DNA from: a plasmid
Sequence record: NZ_CP081674.1
DNA length: 64,000 nt
Reading direction: 5' to 3' (one strand)
A program made the translations under genes and the position numbers. Numbering within the stretch: position 1 is the first letter of the stretch; each line of letters begins with the position of its first letter. Positions 49,210 to 58,501 of this stretch are shown piece after piece. The notes below the pieces were generated by a model, which worked only from the letters and a program-made list of their open reading frames with translations, ran no database searches and had not been told where the DNA came from.

Positions 49210-50879
49210 CGGTCCTCCCAAGCCTGAGCGCCAGATCGCCGACGCATTACTGTCGCCACCCAAATAACCACGCCCACAAGAACGCTCACCGCTCCGATCA
49301 CCGCTCCCGCACCCCATCGCGGGCGCGGATCAGGCTCAGGCGGCGGCGCGGGAATATGAAGCGGCGCCGATACGCCAGGTGCCAGCCAATCCCCCGGTGG
49401 CACATCCCAAGTGAGTGCGGCCACCGGATCGACCACGCCATAACCGACCACGTTGTCACGCCCAGCAGGTGGCGGGGTCGCAGTCGCCTGCAGGCGGCGA
49501 ATCACTTGATGTGCAGACAACTCTGGGAATTTCGCACGCACTAGGGCCGCGGTCCCTGCGACGAATGCCGAGGCGAACGAACTACCGACAATCGGCTTGA
49601 GTGTGTCGTTGTCGATGGAGGCATTGATGATGCGCCCATCGGTGGACAAGCCGATGATGTCGGTTCCCGGGGCAGCCAAGCCCACCCACGGTCCGTGCAG
49701 TGATGCCTGCTGATCCATCAGCGGTGTGCCGGCGCTGTCGGTCGCCGACACGGCCAGGACGTACTTGTCGAACCACGCCGGGGAGGCCACCGTACGAACC
49801 GATTTCCAGCCCAGCGGGTCCACACGGTCGCCAGGGATCGGATCGGGGTTCTGCACGTTGCAGCCTTGAGAGCCCGCGTTACCTGCCGCGGTCACGATCA
49901 CGACGTCGCGGTCCACCGCGGCGTAACGCAGCGCCGCACCGAGCTGGGATTGATCGCCAAGCTTTGCCACTGGAAGACACGACACCACACTGATATTGAT
50001 GACTTTGGCCCCGAGGTTGGCCATATGAACGATGGCTCGTGCCAGCGAATTCAAGTCGCCCGCGCGACGAACGTCTTGGGAGTTCTCCCCGTACTGGGGA
50101 TCGGCGAATCCAAAGGTCTGCGCTGATTGTCGAATGGACACCAGCACTGCATCCGGCGCGATCCCGATCAAGCCGTCTGGTCCCCCACCGGGCGCCGGCG
50201 CCGCGGGCATTGGGATCCCCGGTGCTGGCCCCCATGCCGGAGCTGCTGGCGGAGACATTCCCTCAGGAGGCGGCGCGCCCTCCGGCGGTGGTGGTGGCGG
50301 CGGAGGTGCCACGGTGGCGGTGGCCGTCACCGTCACCGTGGGCGGAGGCGGCGGAGGTGGGATCGGCGCGGGCGCCGGTGCGGCCGCAGGAAGTGGCGCC
50401 TGCGCAACGCCGATGGGTCGCGCTGGTAGCGGCGCGCCTGACGGCGCGCCACCGATCAAGGACGCAATCACGGTGCCATGGGCATCGCAGTCAGCAAGCC
50501 CATCGCCGTAGCGGCCCATGATGTAGTCGCCCCCGGCGATCAGGTGCGGCAGCCGCGGTTGAGGAGCGACGCCAGTGTCGATGATCCCCACCACGACCCC
50601 GGCTCCCGTGGATTCTTTCCACGCCCTGGGCATGTCGAGCATCTGCAAGGGAGCGGGCAGTTCACGAAAGTCGCTGCCCGGCAACGCTGTTGTTTGCACA
50701 CATCCAGCGATCTGCTTCATCGGCTCATCCGGGGCGGGTTCAGGATCGGCGGGCGGCGGTCCGGACGGCACGACCGGGGGGTCGAGCGCCAACGCCACAC
50801 CACTCGACGAGGCCAGCAGGATCGCCACGGATGCCAGTGCGGCCGCTGATCGGGCAGCGCGGCAGGTAGTCGCCACCAT
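49200..50879 (-). CDS. mycP: mycosin (subtilisin-like serine protease MycP)
   Basis: It has the catalytic motifs IDTGV (Asp), DAHGT (His) and GSSFASAFVAG (Ser). It has an N-terminal signal peptide and a C-terminal TM anchor. The start is placed at ATG 50879, overlapping the eccD stop (TGATG). Confidence 0.75.
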   Translation of the reverse strand: MVATTCRAARSAAALASVAILLASSSGVALALDPPVVPSGPPPADPEPAPDEPMKQIAGCVQTTALPGSDFRELPAPLQMLDMPRAWKESTGAGVVVGIIDTGVAPQPRLPHLIAGGDYIMGRYGDGLADCDAHGTVIASLIGGAPSGAPLPARPIGVAQAPLPAAAPAPAPIPPPPPPPTVTVTATATVAPPPPPPPPEGAPPPEGMSPPAAPAWGPAPGIPMPAAPAPGGGPDGLIGIAPDAVLVSIRQSAQTFGFADPQYGENSQDVRRAGDLNSLARAIVHMANLGAKVINISVVSCLPVAKLGDQSQLGAALRYAAVDRDVVIVTAAGNAGSQGCNVQNPDPIPGDRVDPLGWKSVRTVASPAWFDKYVLAVSATDSAGTPLMDQQASLHGPWVGLAAPGTDIIGLSTDGRIINASIDNDTLKPIVGSSFASAFVAGTAALVRAKFPELSAHQVIRRLQATATPPPAGRDNVVGYGVVDPVAALTWDVPPGDWLAPGVSAPLHIPAPPPEPDPRPRWGAGAVIGAVSVLVGVVIWVATVMRRRSGAQAWEDRWL

Positions 50880-52417
50880 CACGCGCCGCCGACAAGGTTG
50901 CGAGCCCAGGGAATCAGGTTGAGTAGCAGCACCGCCATCGGAACGACCACGAAGAGCAGCACGTACTCGCTGAGTTCCACCCATCGCCGTATCGGCGCGC
51001 TGATCTTGGCATGGGCGATCACCAACGCATTGATCAGCCCCGCTACCACGATGGCCAGCGTCGCGCCGACGCAGATCAATGTCATCGCCAGCGATGGCGG
51101 CGTACTGGCGGCGGCGTATCGTCCGATGACCACGGCCATTGCGAGCACCGGCGCCACCGTTAATGTTACCGACTGCCAGCGGTCGACGAACGACCGAGAA
51201 CGGAGCAGCAGGATGGCACAGATCGTCAGGGTAAACAGCAGATGCAGCACCGGACTCTGCGTCCAGCCATCAGCAACCTGCCCGGGGATCACTGCATAAC
51301 GTGCGGCAACCACCGTGACGATGCCGCAACCCACCAATAGACCAGTGATGATGGCGTTGCCCCGCCGGGTCCATGCCGCGATCTGCTCCGGACTTTCAGT
51401 ACCAGCGGGATAAACAGGTGACACGGTGTCGCGAGCCGCTCCGGGACGTGTCTCAAACACCCCGCTACCCGTCAGCGACGGAAACCACGGTCCAGGTGTG
51501 CCCGATCCTGCCACCCCGAGCGACGTCGCGAACGTGACCAGTACCAGTACCGCCAGCAGCGCCAACACCGCGATCCGTTGGGGGGGAAGCTGCCAGCCCG
51601 ACGCCTGCACCACCATCGCAGCCGAGGCAAAGCCCGAGACCGTGATCACGGCCGAAATCACTACAAGGTGTTGGCCTCCGGTGAGAACGGCCAACACGAC
51701 CATCCCGCCGATCGCGGCCACCAGCGCCGCTACCGCGTGCCACGCCCCCGGTGACCCGGGAATTGACACCGCAGCCGCCGTGCAGAACGGGATGATCGCA
51801 ATCCACGCGAAAGCACTCGCCACGGCACGACGTTGCGGCTGGGCGGCCCGCGCCGCCAACCACGCCGCCACGACGAGCCCGGCAGTCAACGCCCAGGACA
51901 CGGCTGCCGGCACCCAGCCCCCGTCAAACCACCACTGCCGCAAAATAATCAGTTCAGCCCACGCGATCAGGCCGGCGCCGAGTCCGCAGGCCACGCGCCG
52001 AGGTGTGTCCTCATCCACGGTGTCGAGCTGGCGGCGAGCCTCACGGGCAATCGCAGTCGAGACAGTTTCCGTGACAGGCTCGTACTTCTCGGTCGCTTCA
52101 ACCGGCAACAACCACAGTGCATCGCCGTCGGCCACGCCGCTCTCGTCGAGCGAGCGCTGCGGGTCTAGCGGGCGAGAGTCCGCCCAGCACAGTTGGTAGG
52201 TCTGGCCTGTGTCGAGCTCGGGCCGCCGCAGACGACGCAGGCGACGGTTGATCCGCGGGATGAGGTCCTCGACGATGGCAATAAGTGGGACTTCTGCGGC
52301 CAGCACATAATCGGTCTCGGTGTCGGCGCCCACGAACAGAACAACTCGGGTCAATCGGGCCGGCCCTTGGAGGGTGGGTCCCGGCTGACCGTCGCGATTC
52401 TGTGTCGGGGTGCTCAT
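50879..52417 (-). CDS. eccD: ESX secretion system membrane protein EccD
   Basis: It has an N-terminal ubiquitin-like domain followed by about 11 TM helices, 512 aa in total. Confidence 0.75.
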   Translation of the reverse strand: MSTPTQNRDGQPGPTLQGPARLTRVVLFVGADTETDYVLAAEVPLIAIVEDLIPRINRRLRRLRRPELDTGQTYQLCWADSRPLDPQRSLDESGVADGDALWLLPVEATEKYEPVTETVSTAIAREARRQLDTVDEDTPRRVACGLGAGLIAWAELIILRQWWFDGGWVPAAVSWALTAGLVVAAWLAARAAQPQRRAVASAFAWIAIIPFCTAAAVSIPGSPGAWHAVAALVAAIGGMVVLAVLTGGQHLVVISAVITVSGFASAAMVVQASGWQLPPQRIAVLALLAVLVLVTFATSLGVAGSGTPGPWFPSLTGSGVFETRPGAARDTVSPVYPAGTESPEQIAAWTRRGNAIITGLLVGCGIVTVVAARYAVIPGQVADGWTQSPVLHLLFTLTICAILLLRSRSFVDRWQSVTLTVAPVLAMAVVIGRYAAASTPPSLAMTLICVGATLAIVVAGLINALVIAHAKISAPIRRWVELSEYVLLFVVVPMAVLLLNLIPWARNLVGGA

Positions 52418-53952
52418 GACGCCTCCGCCACCGTGGTGAAGCCGCTAGCGATCGCGGCGGTCACTTCAAGGATTCGACGACGTGTCAATGGCTGGAGCTC
52501 GTCGAGCTCGACCACACCAGCCGTGGCGATATGACCGTCATAGGGCACGACGAAAATGCGCTCCGGGGGGATCCATCGTCCGAAACGCTCCTGGATGATC
52601 TCGACCAAACTCGCTGTGCTCTTGCGATCGCTTCCGCTGCTGGCCGGGCGGATGTGGTTGACAATCAACACCATTCGATCCAGGAGTTTGCGGTGACGTG
52701 GATGATGGCTGAGCCAATCGATCTGCTTGGCTGCGCCTTCGGCACCGTCGGGCACCGCTGACGCCACCATCACCACGGCGTTGGCGCTGCTGAGTACTCC
52801 ATCCATCACGGGATGGCCGATGTCAACACCGCAATCGGTGACGACCACGTTGTAAAAGTTCTCCAACTTAGTCAGGGCCCGCTGATATCCCTCAGCGGTG
52901 ACGCCGCCGGCCTGGGACGCGGCGCCGCGGTGGTACGGGGATGCCAACACGTCGAGGCCCGCGGCGTTGTGACCGACTCGGGCGCGCATGTCCGAATATC
53001 GCACAATGTTTTGGGCAGCAATGATTTCGGCGTATGACGACGGAGCCGCGCGGTCGATTCGGACTGCGAGGTTGGCGCCTTGAGCAGGATCTGCATCCAC
53101 TGCGATCACATGTTCATGGGCGCGATGAACCGCGATTTCTGAACCGATGGCCACGGCGGCCGACGTCTTTCCCGCACCGCCCTTGCCGCCGATGACCGCG
53201 ATCCTCAGTGTTCCGCCCATCGGAGCGGCGATCTGCTCTCTCATGGCCCGTACGCGCTGCTCGTCCGGCGACTCGCCGGTGTTGACTGCGCCGAAGGTCA
53301 CCTTGTACAGCCACTTGCGCCAGCCTCGACTCGACGGGATCTTCTTGACCGCGACCAGATCGGTGGCACGGACCTGGTCGCCGAGCAGTTCGCCGCTGCC
53401 GGCCGCTGAGATGAAGCCGAGTCCGCCGTCGCGCGGGCCGCCCTGGTATGGGTTTTGTTGGCTGAAGGGCTGATCCCGGCGCTGCGATCCCGGCGGTGCG
53501 GCACGCCATGGCTGGCCGGGAATCTGGGGAGGCTGGGGCGGGAACGGAGCGGCTGGCGTCTGCCGCTGTTGGGCGGCGTAGTCGCGGGCCTCTCGCAGTT
53601 GCTGAGGGGTGATCTCTTGTGTCAGGTCGTCGTAGCGCGCTGCCGTGTCCGGTGAGTGCCCGGCTGGCTCGCTTGGTGTGGGCTCGCCCGATCGGGGCGG
53701 CACCGATGCTGGAGCGTCTGGCCCGCTGGGGACATGATTCGGCGGCGCGCTGTTCACCGGCGGTGGTGGAGCTTGCCGCCGGTGTGCGGCGTCGCCGAAC
53801 TCTTGCTGATTATGTTGGGGTGGAGGGTAATTCGATGTGTGGCTGGTGCCGTCGCTGGGCGTCGATGCGCCCATCTGCTCGAAGATGTCTCGCTCGCTCA
53901 TGGGTTCCCCTCTACTCCCCCGGCCAGAGATTCCGCCCTGGCACGGCGGCAT
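52414..53952 (-). CDS. EspI-like protein: Pro-rich N-terminus plus ParA/MinD-family ATPase domain
   Basis: It has a deviant Walker A motif IAVIGGKGGAGKTSAA, preceded by a long Pro/Gln-rich region. It lies between espG and eccD. Confidence 0.6.
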   Translation of the reverse strand: MPPCQGGISGRGSRGEPMSERDIFEQMGASTPSDGTSHTSNYPPPQHNQQEFGDAAHRRQAPPPPVNSAPPNHVPSGPDAPASVPPRSGEPTPSEPAGHSPDTAARYDDLTQEITPQQLREARDYAAQQRQTPAAPFPPQPPQIPGQPWRAAPPGSQRRDQPFSQQNPYQGGPRDGGLGFISAAGSGELLGDQVRATDLVAVKKIPSSRGWRKWLYKVTFGAVNTGESPDEQRVRAMREQIAAPMGGTLRIAVIGGKGGAGKTSAAVAIGSEIAVHRAHEHVIAVDADPAQGANLAVRIDRAAPSSYAEIIAAQNIVRYSDMRARVGHNAAGLDVLASPYHRGAASQAGGVTAEGYQRALTKLENFYNVVVTDCGVDIGHPVMDGVLSSANAVVMVASAVPDGAEGAAKQIDWLSHHPRHRKLLDRMVLIVNHIRPASSGSDRKSTASLVEIIQERFGRWIPPERIFVVPYDGHIATAGVVELDELQPLTRRRILEVTAAIASGFTTVAEAS

Positions 53953-54028
53953 TTCTCATCACGTCGCGAGCGTAACAATCGCCGGATTTATACGTCCAGA
54001 ACGCACCCCAACTTCGCGCGTAACTTTT

Positions 54029-55084
54029 TTACGAGTGTCGCCGGTAGTGCAACCATTCCGAGCCGCACGGCAGTGAGGACAGCACCTCATCGAGCGCACT
54101 TTGAATGCGGGCTTCAGTGCCAGGGGTGAGCATCGTCCATTCCTGGTCATCGAAACCGGTGTCACCTGAGACGAGCACCCTGCCATATATGGTGTCGGTC
54201 ACCAGCATTGCCTTTTGCGCGGTTCGCGGCCCGTCGAAGTGGTACTCGCAAGCACCGATCGTGGCTCGGGCCGCCGATTGGTCCCCTACAGCCTCGATGA
54301 TCCGTGCCTGCTCAGCGCTGATCTCAAGCTCGTCGACGAGCTGAGCGACCAGGTTGTTGCCGTCTGGGTCGTGCTGCCACTGGCTCACAATGGAATCCAG
54401 CACTCTGCTGTTGACGCTGAGTCCGCGGAACTCAGCCGGCCCCGTTGAGCCGAGAAGCTCCAGAATCGACGTGCCAACAGGTTTGCGTCCCAAGGGCGTC
54501 ACGACAACCTCATCAAGCTCACCCGTCGACTGATCGTCAGACTCGGCTGAAGGTACCTCATCGAGCTCACCTGTCGACTGATCGTCAGACTCGGCTGAAG
54601 ATTCATCTGCTGAACTCCACACACGTGCCGCGCTGACCCAGGACCCGTCGCGGCAGCATAGGGTTGCAATCCGTTGAGGTGGTTGTTGTTTGCGCCATTC
54701 CAGAAGCTGTGCGTATGCCTCGATGGCGGCATCCCCGCCTTTGCTGATGGCCGCCAAGTCTGCGGTGGCCGTGAACACTGGAGGCGGCCCAAGTAGGCGG
54801 TCGCTCGGCGCCGCAGGCACGTTAACTTCCACGGTGACTTCAATGTCGGGACGCCCCAGAGTCATCACCCACTGCGCAACATCGGCGTCAACTGCGCCGT
54901 TGCCATAGACGCCGGCCTCCTGCAGAACGGCAATACCCGGGTGAGAGGACAGGTCGGCACCTTCGATGCCGTCGGTGGGACGTACCTTCAGGGCACGTGG
55001 AAGTCTGCTGATACCGCAGAGCGCGGCTGTCAGCCACAACCCTTCCGAGGTGGTCGACAGCCGCGCTCCAGTTGCGACGGCCAT
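54029..55084 (-). CDS. espG: ESX secretion-associated protein EspG (PPE chaperone)
   Basis: The C-terminal region TIYGRVLVSGDTGFDDQEWTMLTPGTEARIQSALDEVLSSLPCGSEW closely parallels the EspG3 region [46 protein letters not shown]. The gene contains a 48-bp tandem duplication. Confidence 0.65.
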   Translation of the reverse strand: MAVATGARLSTTSEGLWLTAALCGISRLPRALKVRPTDGIEGADLSSHPGIAVLQEAGVYGNGAVDADVAQWVMTLGRPDIEVTVEVNVPAAPSDRLLGPPPVFTATADLAAISKGGDAAIEAYAQLLEWRKQQPPQRIATLCCRDGSWVSAARVWSSADESSAESDDQSTGELDEVPSAESDDQSTGELDEVVVTPLGRKPVGTSILELLGSTGPAEFRGLSVNSRVLDSIVSQWQHDPDGNNLVAQLVDELEISAEQARIIEAVGDQSAARATIGACEYHFDGPRTAQKAMLVTDTIYGRVLVSGDTGFDDQEWTMLTPGTEARIQSALDEVLSSLPCGSEWLHYRRHS

Positions 55085-55086
55085 AC

Positions 55087-55383
55087 CTAGATGTTGCGGA
55101 ATCCGGCTGCGGCGCCGAAGTCGGTAGTCTCAGCGTTCTGGCTGGCCCCTTGAATCGCACTACCGTGGCGGTTGATGGTGTCGAATACCTGCTGGAAGGC
55201 CAACGCGATTTGAGCGTGGCACTCCTGCGCGGCATTCGAGCCGTGCTGCTGCCAGATTTCGGCAACGCTGCGAATGGCGTTGTCAGCGCCCTGCTTGAGC
55301 TCAAGCAAGTGATTGACCAGGCTGGACTGGCTCGTCGCGTGCTCGACCATCTTGACGTGGTCATACCGCTGTACACTGACCAT
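55087..55383 (-). CDS. WXG100 family protein, EsxA (ESAT-6)-like
   Basis: The 98-aa product is a helical hairpin with a W..G turn (EIWQQHGS). It is paired with a second WXG100 gene upstream. Confidence 0.65.
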   Translation of the reverse strand: MVSVQRYDHVKMVEHATSQSSLVNHLLELKQGADNAIRSVAEIWQQHGSNAAQECHAQIALAFQQVFDTINRHGSAIQGASQNAETTDFGAAAGFRNI

Positions 55384-55443
55384 TTTTGTTGTCTCCTAAC
55401 GCTTTCCGAGTGTGATGTTGGTGATGAACAGGCGCGGGTGCGG

Positions 55444-55743
55444 CTAGGCAGTCTGGATGTTGCCCAGTGCCGCGGTGTTGTCGTGGTTCATCTGCGTGTA
55501 CTGATGCGCAGAACTCTTGATCTGGTTGATGCACGCCTCGAATCGCGCCGAGACCGTCCGCGCGGTGCTGGCGATGTCTTCTGTGGTGCGCATCGACATG
55601 AGTGCCGCATCACCCTGGAAGGCCCCGCCGGTCAGGTCCTGGTTCATGGTCACGTAGCGATTGAGAGCGGCCAGAACCTCGTTGCGGATATTGTCGAGCG
55701 AGGTCGCCGCTTCGAGCATCCTGTCGGTATCGGTATTGAACAT
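55444..55743 (-). CDS. WXG100 family protein, EsxB (CFP-10)-like
   Basis: The 99-aa product is the partner of the esxA-like gene. It lies downstream of PE/PPE. Confidence 0.65.
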   Translation of the reverse strand: MFNTDTDRMLEAATSLDNIRNEVLAALNRYVTMNQDLTGGAFQGDAALMSMRTTEDIASTARTVSARFEACINQIKSSAHQYTQMNHDNTAALGNIQTA

Positions 55744-55844
55744 TCCGGTATTCTCCTTCTGTTACGAATCTGTAGGTCGCACGCCGTGTGGGGTGGCAGC
55801 CCCGGGCGCATAGTCCTCCTGCTTATGTGGAAGTGGTTGCGGCG

Positions 55845-57251
55845 CTACACCTCCTGACCTTGCACGTAGACGACTTCACCTTCATCGGTGTAGACGGGCA
55901 CGGCCTGCCCGCTCCCATCGTGGACAAGGACCTCCTTGTCAGGATCTGCGACGTCACGGTTCTTGCGCCCGCTTCCGGCACCGCCCGCCCCGGGCATGCC
56001 GAGCATGCCGCTACCCATCGGAGCACCCGCCATCCCCCGCGCACCTGTGCCGGTATCGGCCCGCGGGCCGGCTAGAGGTTTCTCGGAAGTGCTTGCGGTA
56101 TTCCACCAGGACTGCGGCACCCCGACTGGGCCAGGCATACCTCCGGGCGCAGCCGACGGCTTGGTCAATGCGGCACTGACCGCCGATCCGCCACCGGCAT
56201 AACCGCCGCTGGCGCTGCCGAGTCCTGACCACGGCGTAGCGCCCATGGAGGTCAGACCGGACAGGCCTGCCGCCGGTGACCCCCCGCCGCCGAAACCGCC
56301 GGCGGCCGACATCATCGGCGACATGAGCCCGCCCAGCTGACCGCCGAGGGCCGACGGGAGTTGCTGTCCCTGCGAGAGCAATTGCCCCACACTGCTTGAC
56401 GCCATCGCGGGCGCCTGCATCATCGGGCCCATCATCCCCTGGGCGGACTGCATGAGCTGACCGGCGTCATTGGGCTGGTTGCCTGGGGCGGAGGGGGAAC
56501 CCGCCCCAGGCAACCCACCGGCGATCTGGCCTGGTTGACCTGCTTGTGATGCGCTTTGGCCGCCCGCGGTCAGCGCGGCCGTCGTGCCACCGGTGGCCAG
56601 GCTCGTCCCGGTAGCGGCGACCCCGGTACCAGCTTGCGCCGCTCCAGACAAGGCGGCACCGGCTCCCTGCAAACCCAACGACATCCCGGTTGCGGCTACG
56701 CCAGCGGCTGTTGCCGCTGCCGGGTTGGACATACCCGGCAATGCCACCATCGGCACCGCCAGCGAACTCACGAGACCGGAAACTCCGGCGAGGTAGCTCA
56801 TCATCGCCGAGGCATTCTGACCCCAGTATTCGACGTACTCGGCCTCACCTTCAGCAATCGGGATCGTGTTCACGCCAAGTATGTTGGTCGCGTGTAATGT
56901 CGCCACCCGCGTACGATTAGCAACGACTTGGCCGAAGGGAACGGTGGCCGCGACCGCACCGCTGTACATGCCCATTCCGCTCTCGACCGTCTTAGCGGAT
57001 TTCTGCGCATACGCACCCGCAGCGCCCATCCACGCCGAATGCGCCGCAGCACTCGCCGCCATCGCCACACCAGCAGCGCCAAGATAGGAACCACCCGTGT
57101 TGGCCGTCGTGCTGGACATCTGGGCCGCCTGCTGAATATGGGTGGCACTGACCGTTTCGAACGCCGTGGCTGCCGGCACATGCGCTGTCGGCCCTGCACC
57201 CGCCATCGTCAAGCGAAATGCGTTAACTTCCGGCGGGATACCCCAATACAT
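55845..57251 (-). CDS. PPE family protein (PPE68-like with Gly/Ala/Met-rich C-terminus)
   Basis: The N-terminus is MYWGIPPEVNAFRLTMAGAGP (PPE motif). The C-terminus is long and low-complexity. Confidence 0.75.
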   Translation of the reverse strand: MYWGIPPEVNAFRLTMAGAGPTAHVPAATAFETVSATHIQQAAQMSSTTANTGGSYLGAAGVAMAASAAAHSAWMGAAGAYAQKSAKTVESGMGMYSGAVAATVPFGQVVANRTRVATLHATNILGVNTIPIAEGEAEYVEYWGQNASAMMSYLAGVSGLVSSLAVPMVALPGMSNPAAATAAGVAATGMSLGLQGAGAALSGAAQAGTGVAATGTSLATGGTTAALTAGGQSASQAGQPGQIAGGLPGAGSPSAPGNQPNDAGQLMQSAQGMMGPMMQAPAMASSSVGQLLSQGQQLPSALGGQLGGLMSPMMSAAGGFGGGGSPAAGLSGLTSMGATPWSGLGSASGGYAGGGSAVSAALTKPSAAPGGMPGPVGVPQSWWNTASTSEKPLAGPRADTGTGARGMAGAPMGSGMLGMPGAGGAGSGRKNRDVADPDKEVLVHDGSGQAVPVYTDEGEVVYVQGQEV

Positions 57252-57284
57252 CCGTTACTCCTGGCCTACGCAATCCGTGTTCAG

Positions 57285-57581
57285 CTACAGCGCAAGCTGA
57301 GCAGCTGCGGTGACATCGGTGGCCACGTGCGCCACCGATGCGGCGGTCGAGGACGCGGCGAACATCGCCCGCTGCATGACACCCACACCGGCTGCGGCAT
57401 CGAACTGAGCAGCATGGGCAGCGATCGCCTGCGCGAACAGCAGCGACACTTCCTCGCCGCCCATCGGAATGGGCACCAACATCGCAGGTGCTGCACCCGT
57501 GACAACGGCTCCGGTAGTGGCCGCGCCGACAGCCTCAGTGGCTCCTTGCGCGGCAAGCATCGGTGCATCGACCAAAAACAT
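57285..57581 (-). CDS. PE family protein
   Basis: The 98-aa Ala-rich product begins MFLVDAPMLAAQGA. It lies immediately upstream of the PPE gene. Confidence 0.65.
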   Translation of the reverse strand: MFLVDAPMLAAQGATEAVGAATTGAVVTGAAPAMLVPIPMGGEEVSLLFAQAIAAHAAQFDAAAGVGVMQRAMFAASSTAASVAHVATDVTAAAQLAL

Positions 57582-57763
57582 GTGAACTCACCTTCCCCAT
57601 CGGTGCTTAATCTGAGCAGAGCGTAATCCGCCAGCAAAATATGGGGCAACAAGCCAGTCCAAGATTGATCTTAATTCAACCGTTTTCAACATGCCCTGTT
57701 GAACCCCCGACAGTTCGCCTTTCAGCAACCACTCCCCAACGCCATATGCGCTCGGTCGCACTC

Positions 57764-58501
57764 TCATTGTGCGCCCTGCTGGCTAGTCCCGCAGACAGGA
57801 ATTGCACCGCCACCGCGCAACGCCAGCTCGGCGGCCGCGCGTGCACTGTCACCGATCTCGCGCCATCGTTTCGCCAGTCGGTCAGAATCTGCCGCCGCAG
57901 CGTCTGCCTCAGCCGCGATCTCACGTAACCGTTCAGCCAGCAGCAGCGACGCCCGGGCCGTCGCGCGCAACGTAGGTTCTCCTCCGGCGAGCACCGCATC
58001 GCAACTGCCTGGCTCCCAACCCAACGCCGCACCGAGAGCATCGCGGACACTGCGATTTGCAGGCACCTCTGCGTGATTGATCAGCCGGGACACCACCGGC
58101 CTCGACACCCCGGCCAGCCGACTTAGATCCAGCTTGCTCAGACCAATCCCGTTGCGCGCATCATCGATCGTAGAAGCCAGACGTTTGGCTGCCGCGATGT
58201 CGACATCGGCGATGGGGGACCCGCCGGCGTGAGTGTCTTCACCTCCTGCGCGGGCAGCAACGGTCACCTGAGCACCGGCCAAGACCGCATCAAATGTTCC
58301 GGGCTCCCATCCCAGCGCCGCGGCGATCGCATCACGCTTCACCCGTCGGCCCGGAATCTCGGCATGGTTAATCAGCCGCGACACCATCGCGCGTGACACA
58401 CCTGCCTTCTCGGCGACGTCCTGCACCAGCAGTAGTTGATCGACCCGTTCCTGATCGACGAGTTTGGCCAGCCTCTTGGCTGCGTGCGCGTTAAAGGTCA
58501 C
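57764..58501 (-). CDS. tandem XRE-like HTH transcriptional regulator
   Basis: It has two repeats: LLLVQDVAEKAGVSRAMVSRLINHAEIP...ALGWEPGTFDAVLAG and LSKLDLSRLAGVSRPVVSRLINHAEVP...ALGWEPGSCDAVLAG. It overlaps the eccC stop by 11 nt. Confidence 0.55.
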   Translation of the reverse strand: MTFNAHAAKRLAKLVDQERVDQLLLVQDVAEKAGVSRAMVSRLINHAEIPGRRVKRDAIAAALGWEPGTFDAVLAGAQVTVAARAGGEDTHAGGSPIADVDIAAAKRLASTIDDARNGIGLSKLDLSRLAGVSRPVVSRLINHAEVPANRSVRDALGAALGWEPGSCDAVLAGGEPTLRATARASLLLAERLREIAAEADAAAADSDRLAKRWREIGDSARAAAELALRGGGAIPVCGTSQQGAQ

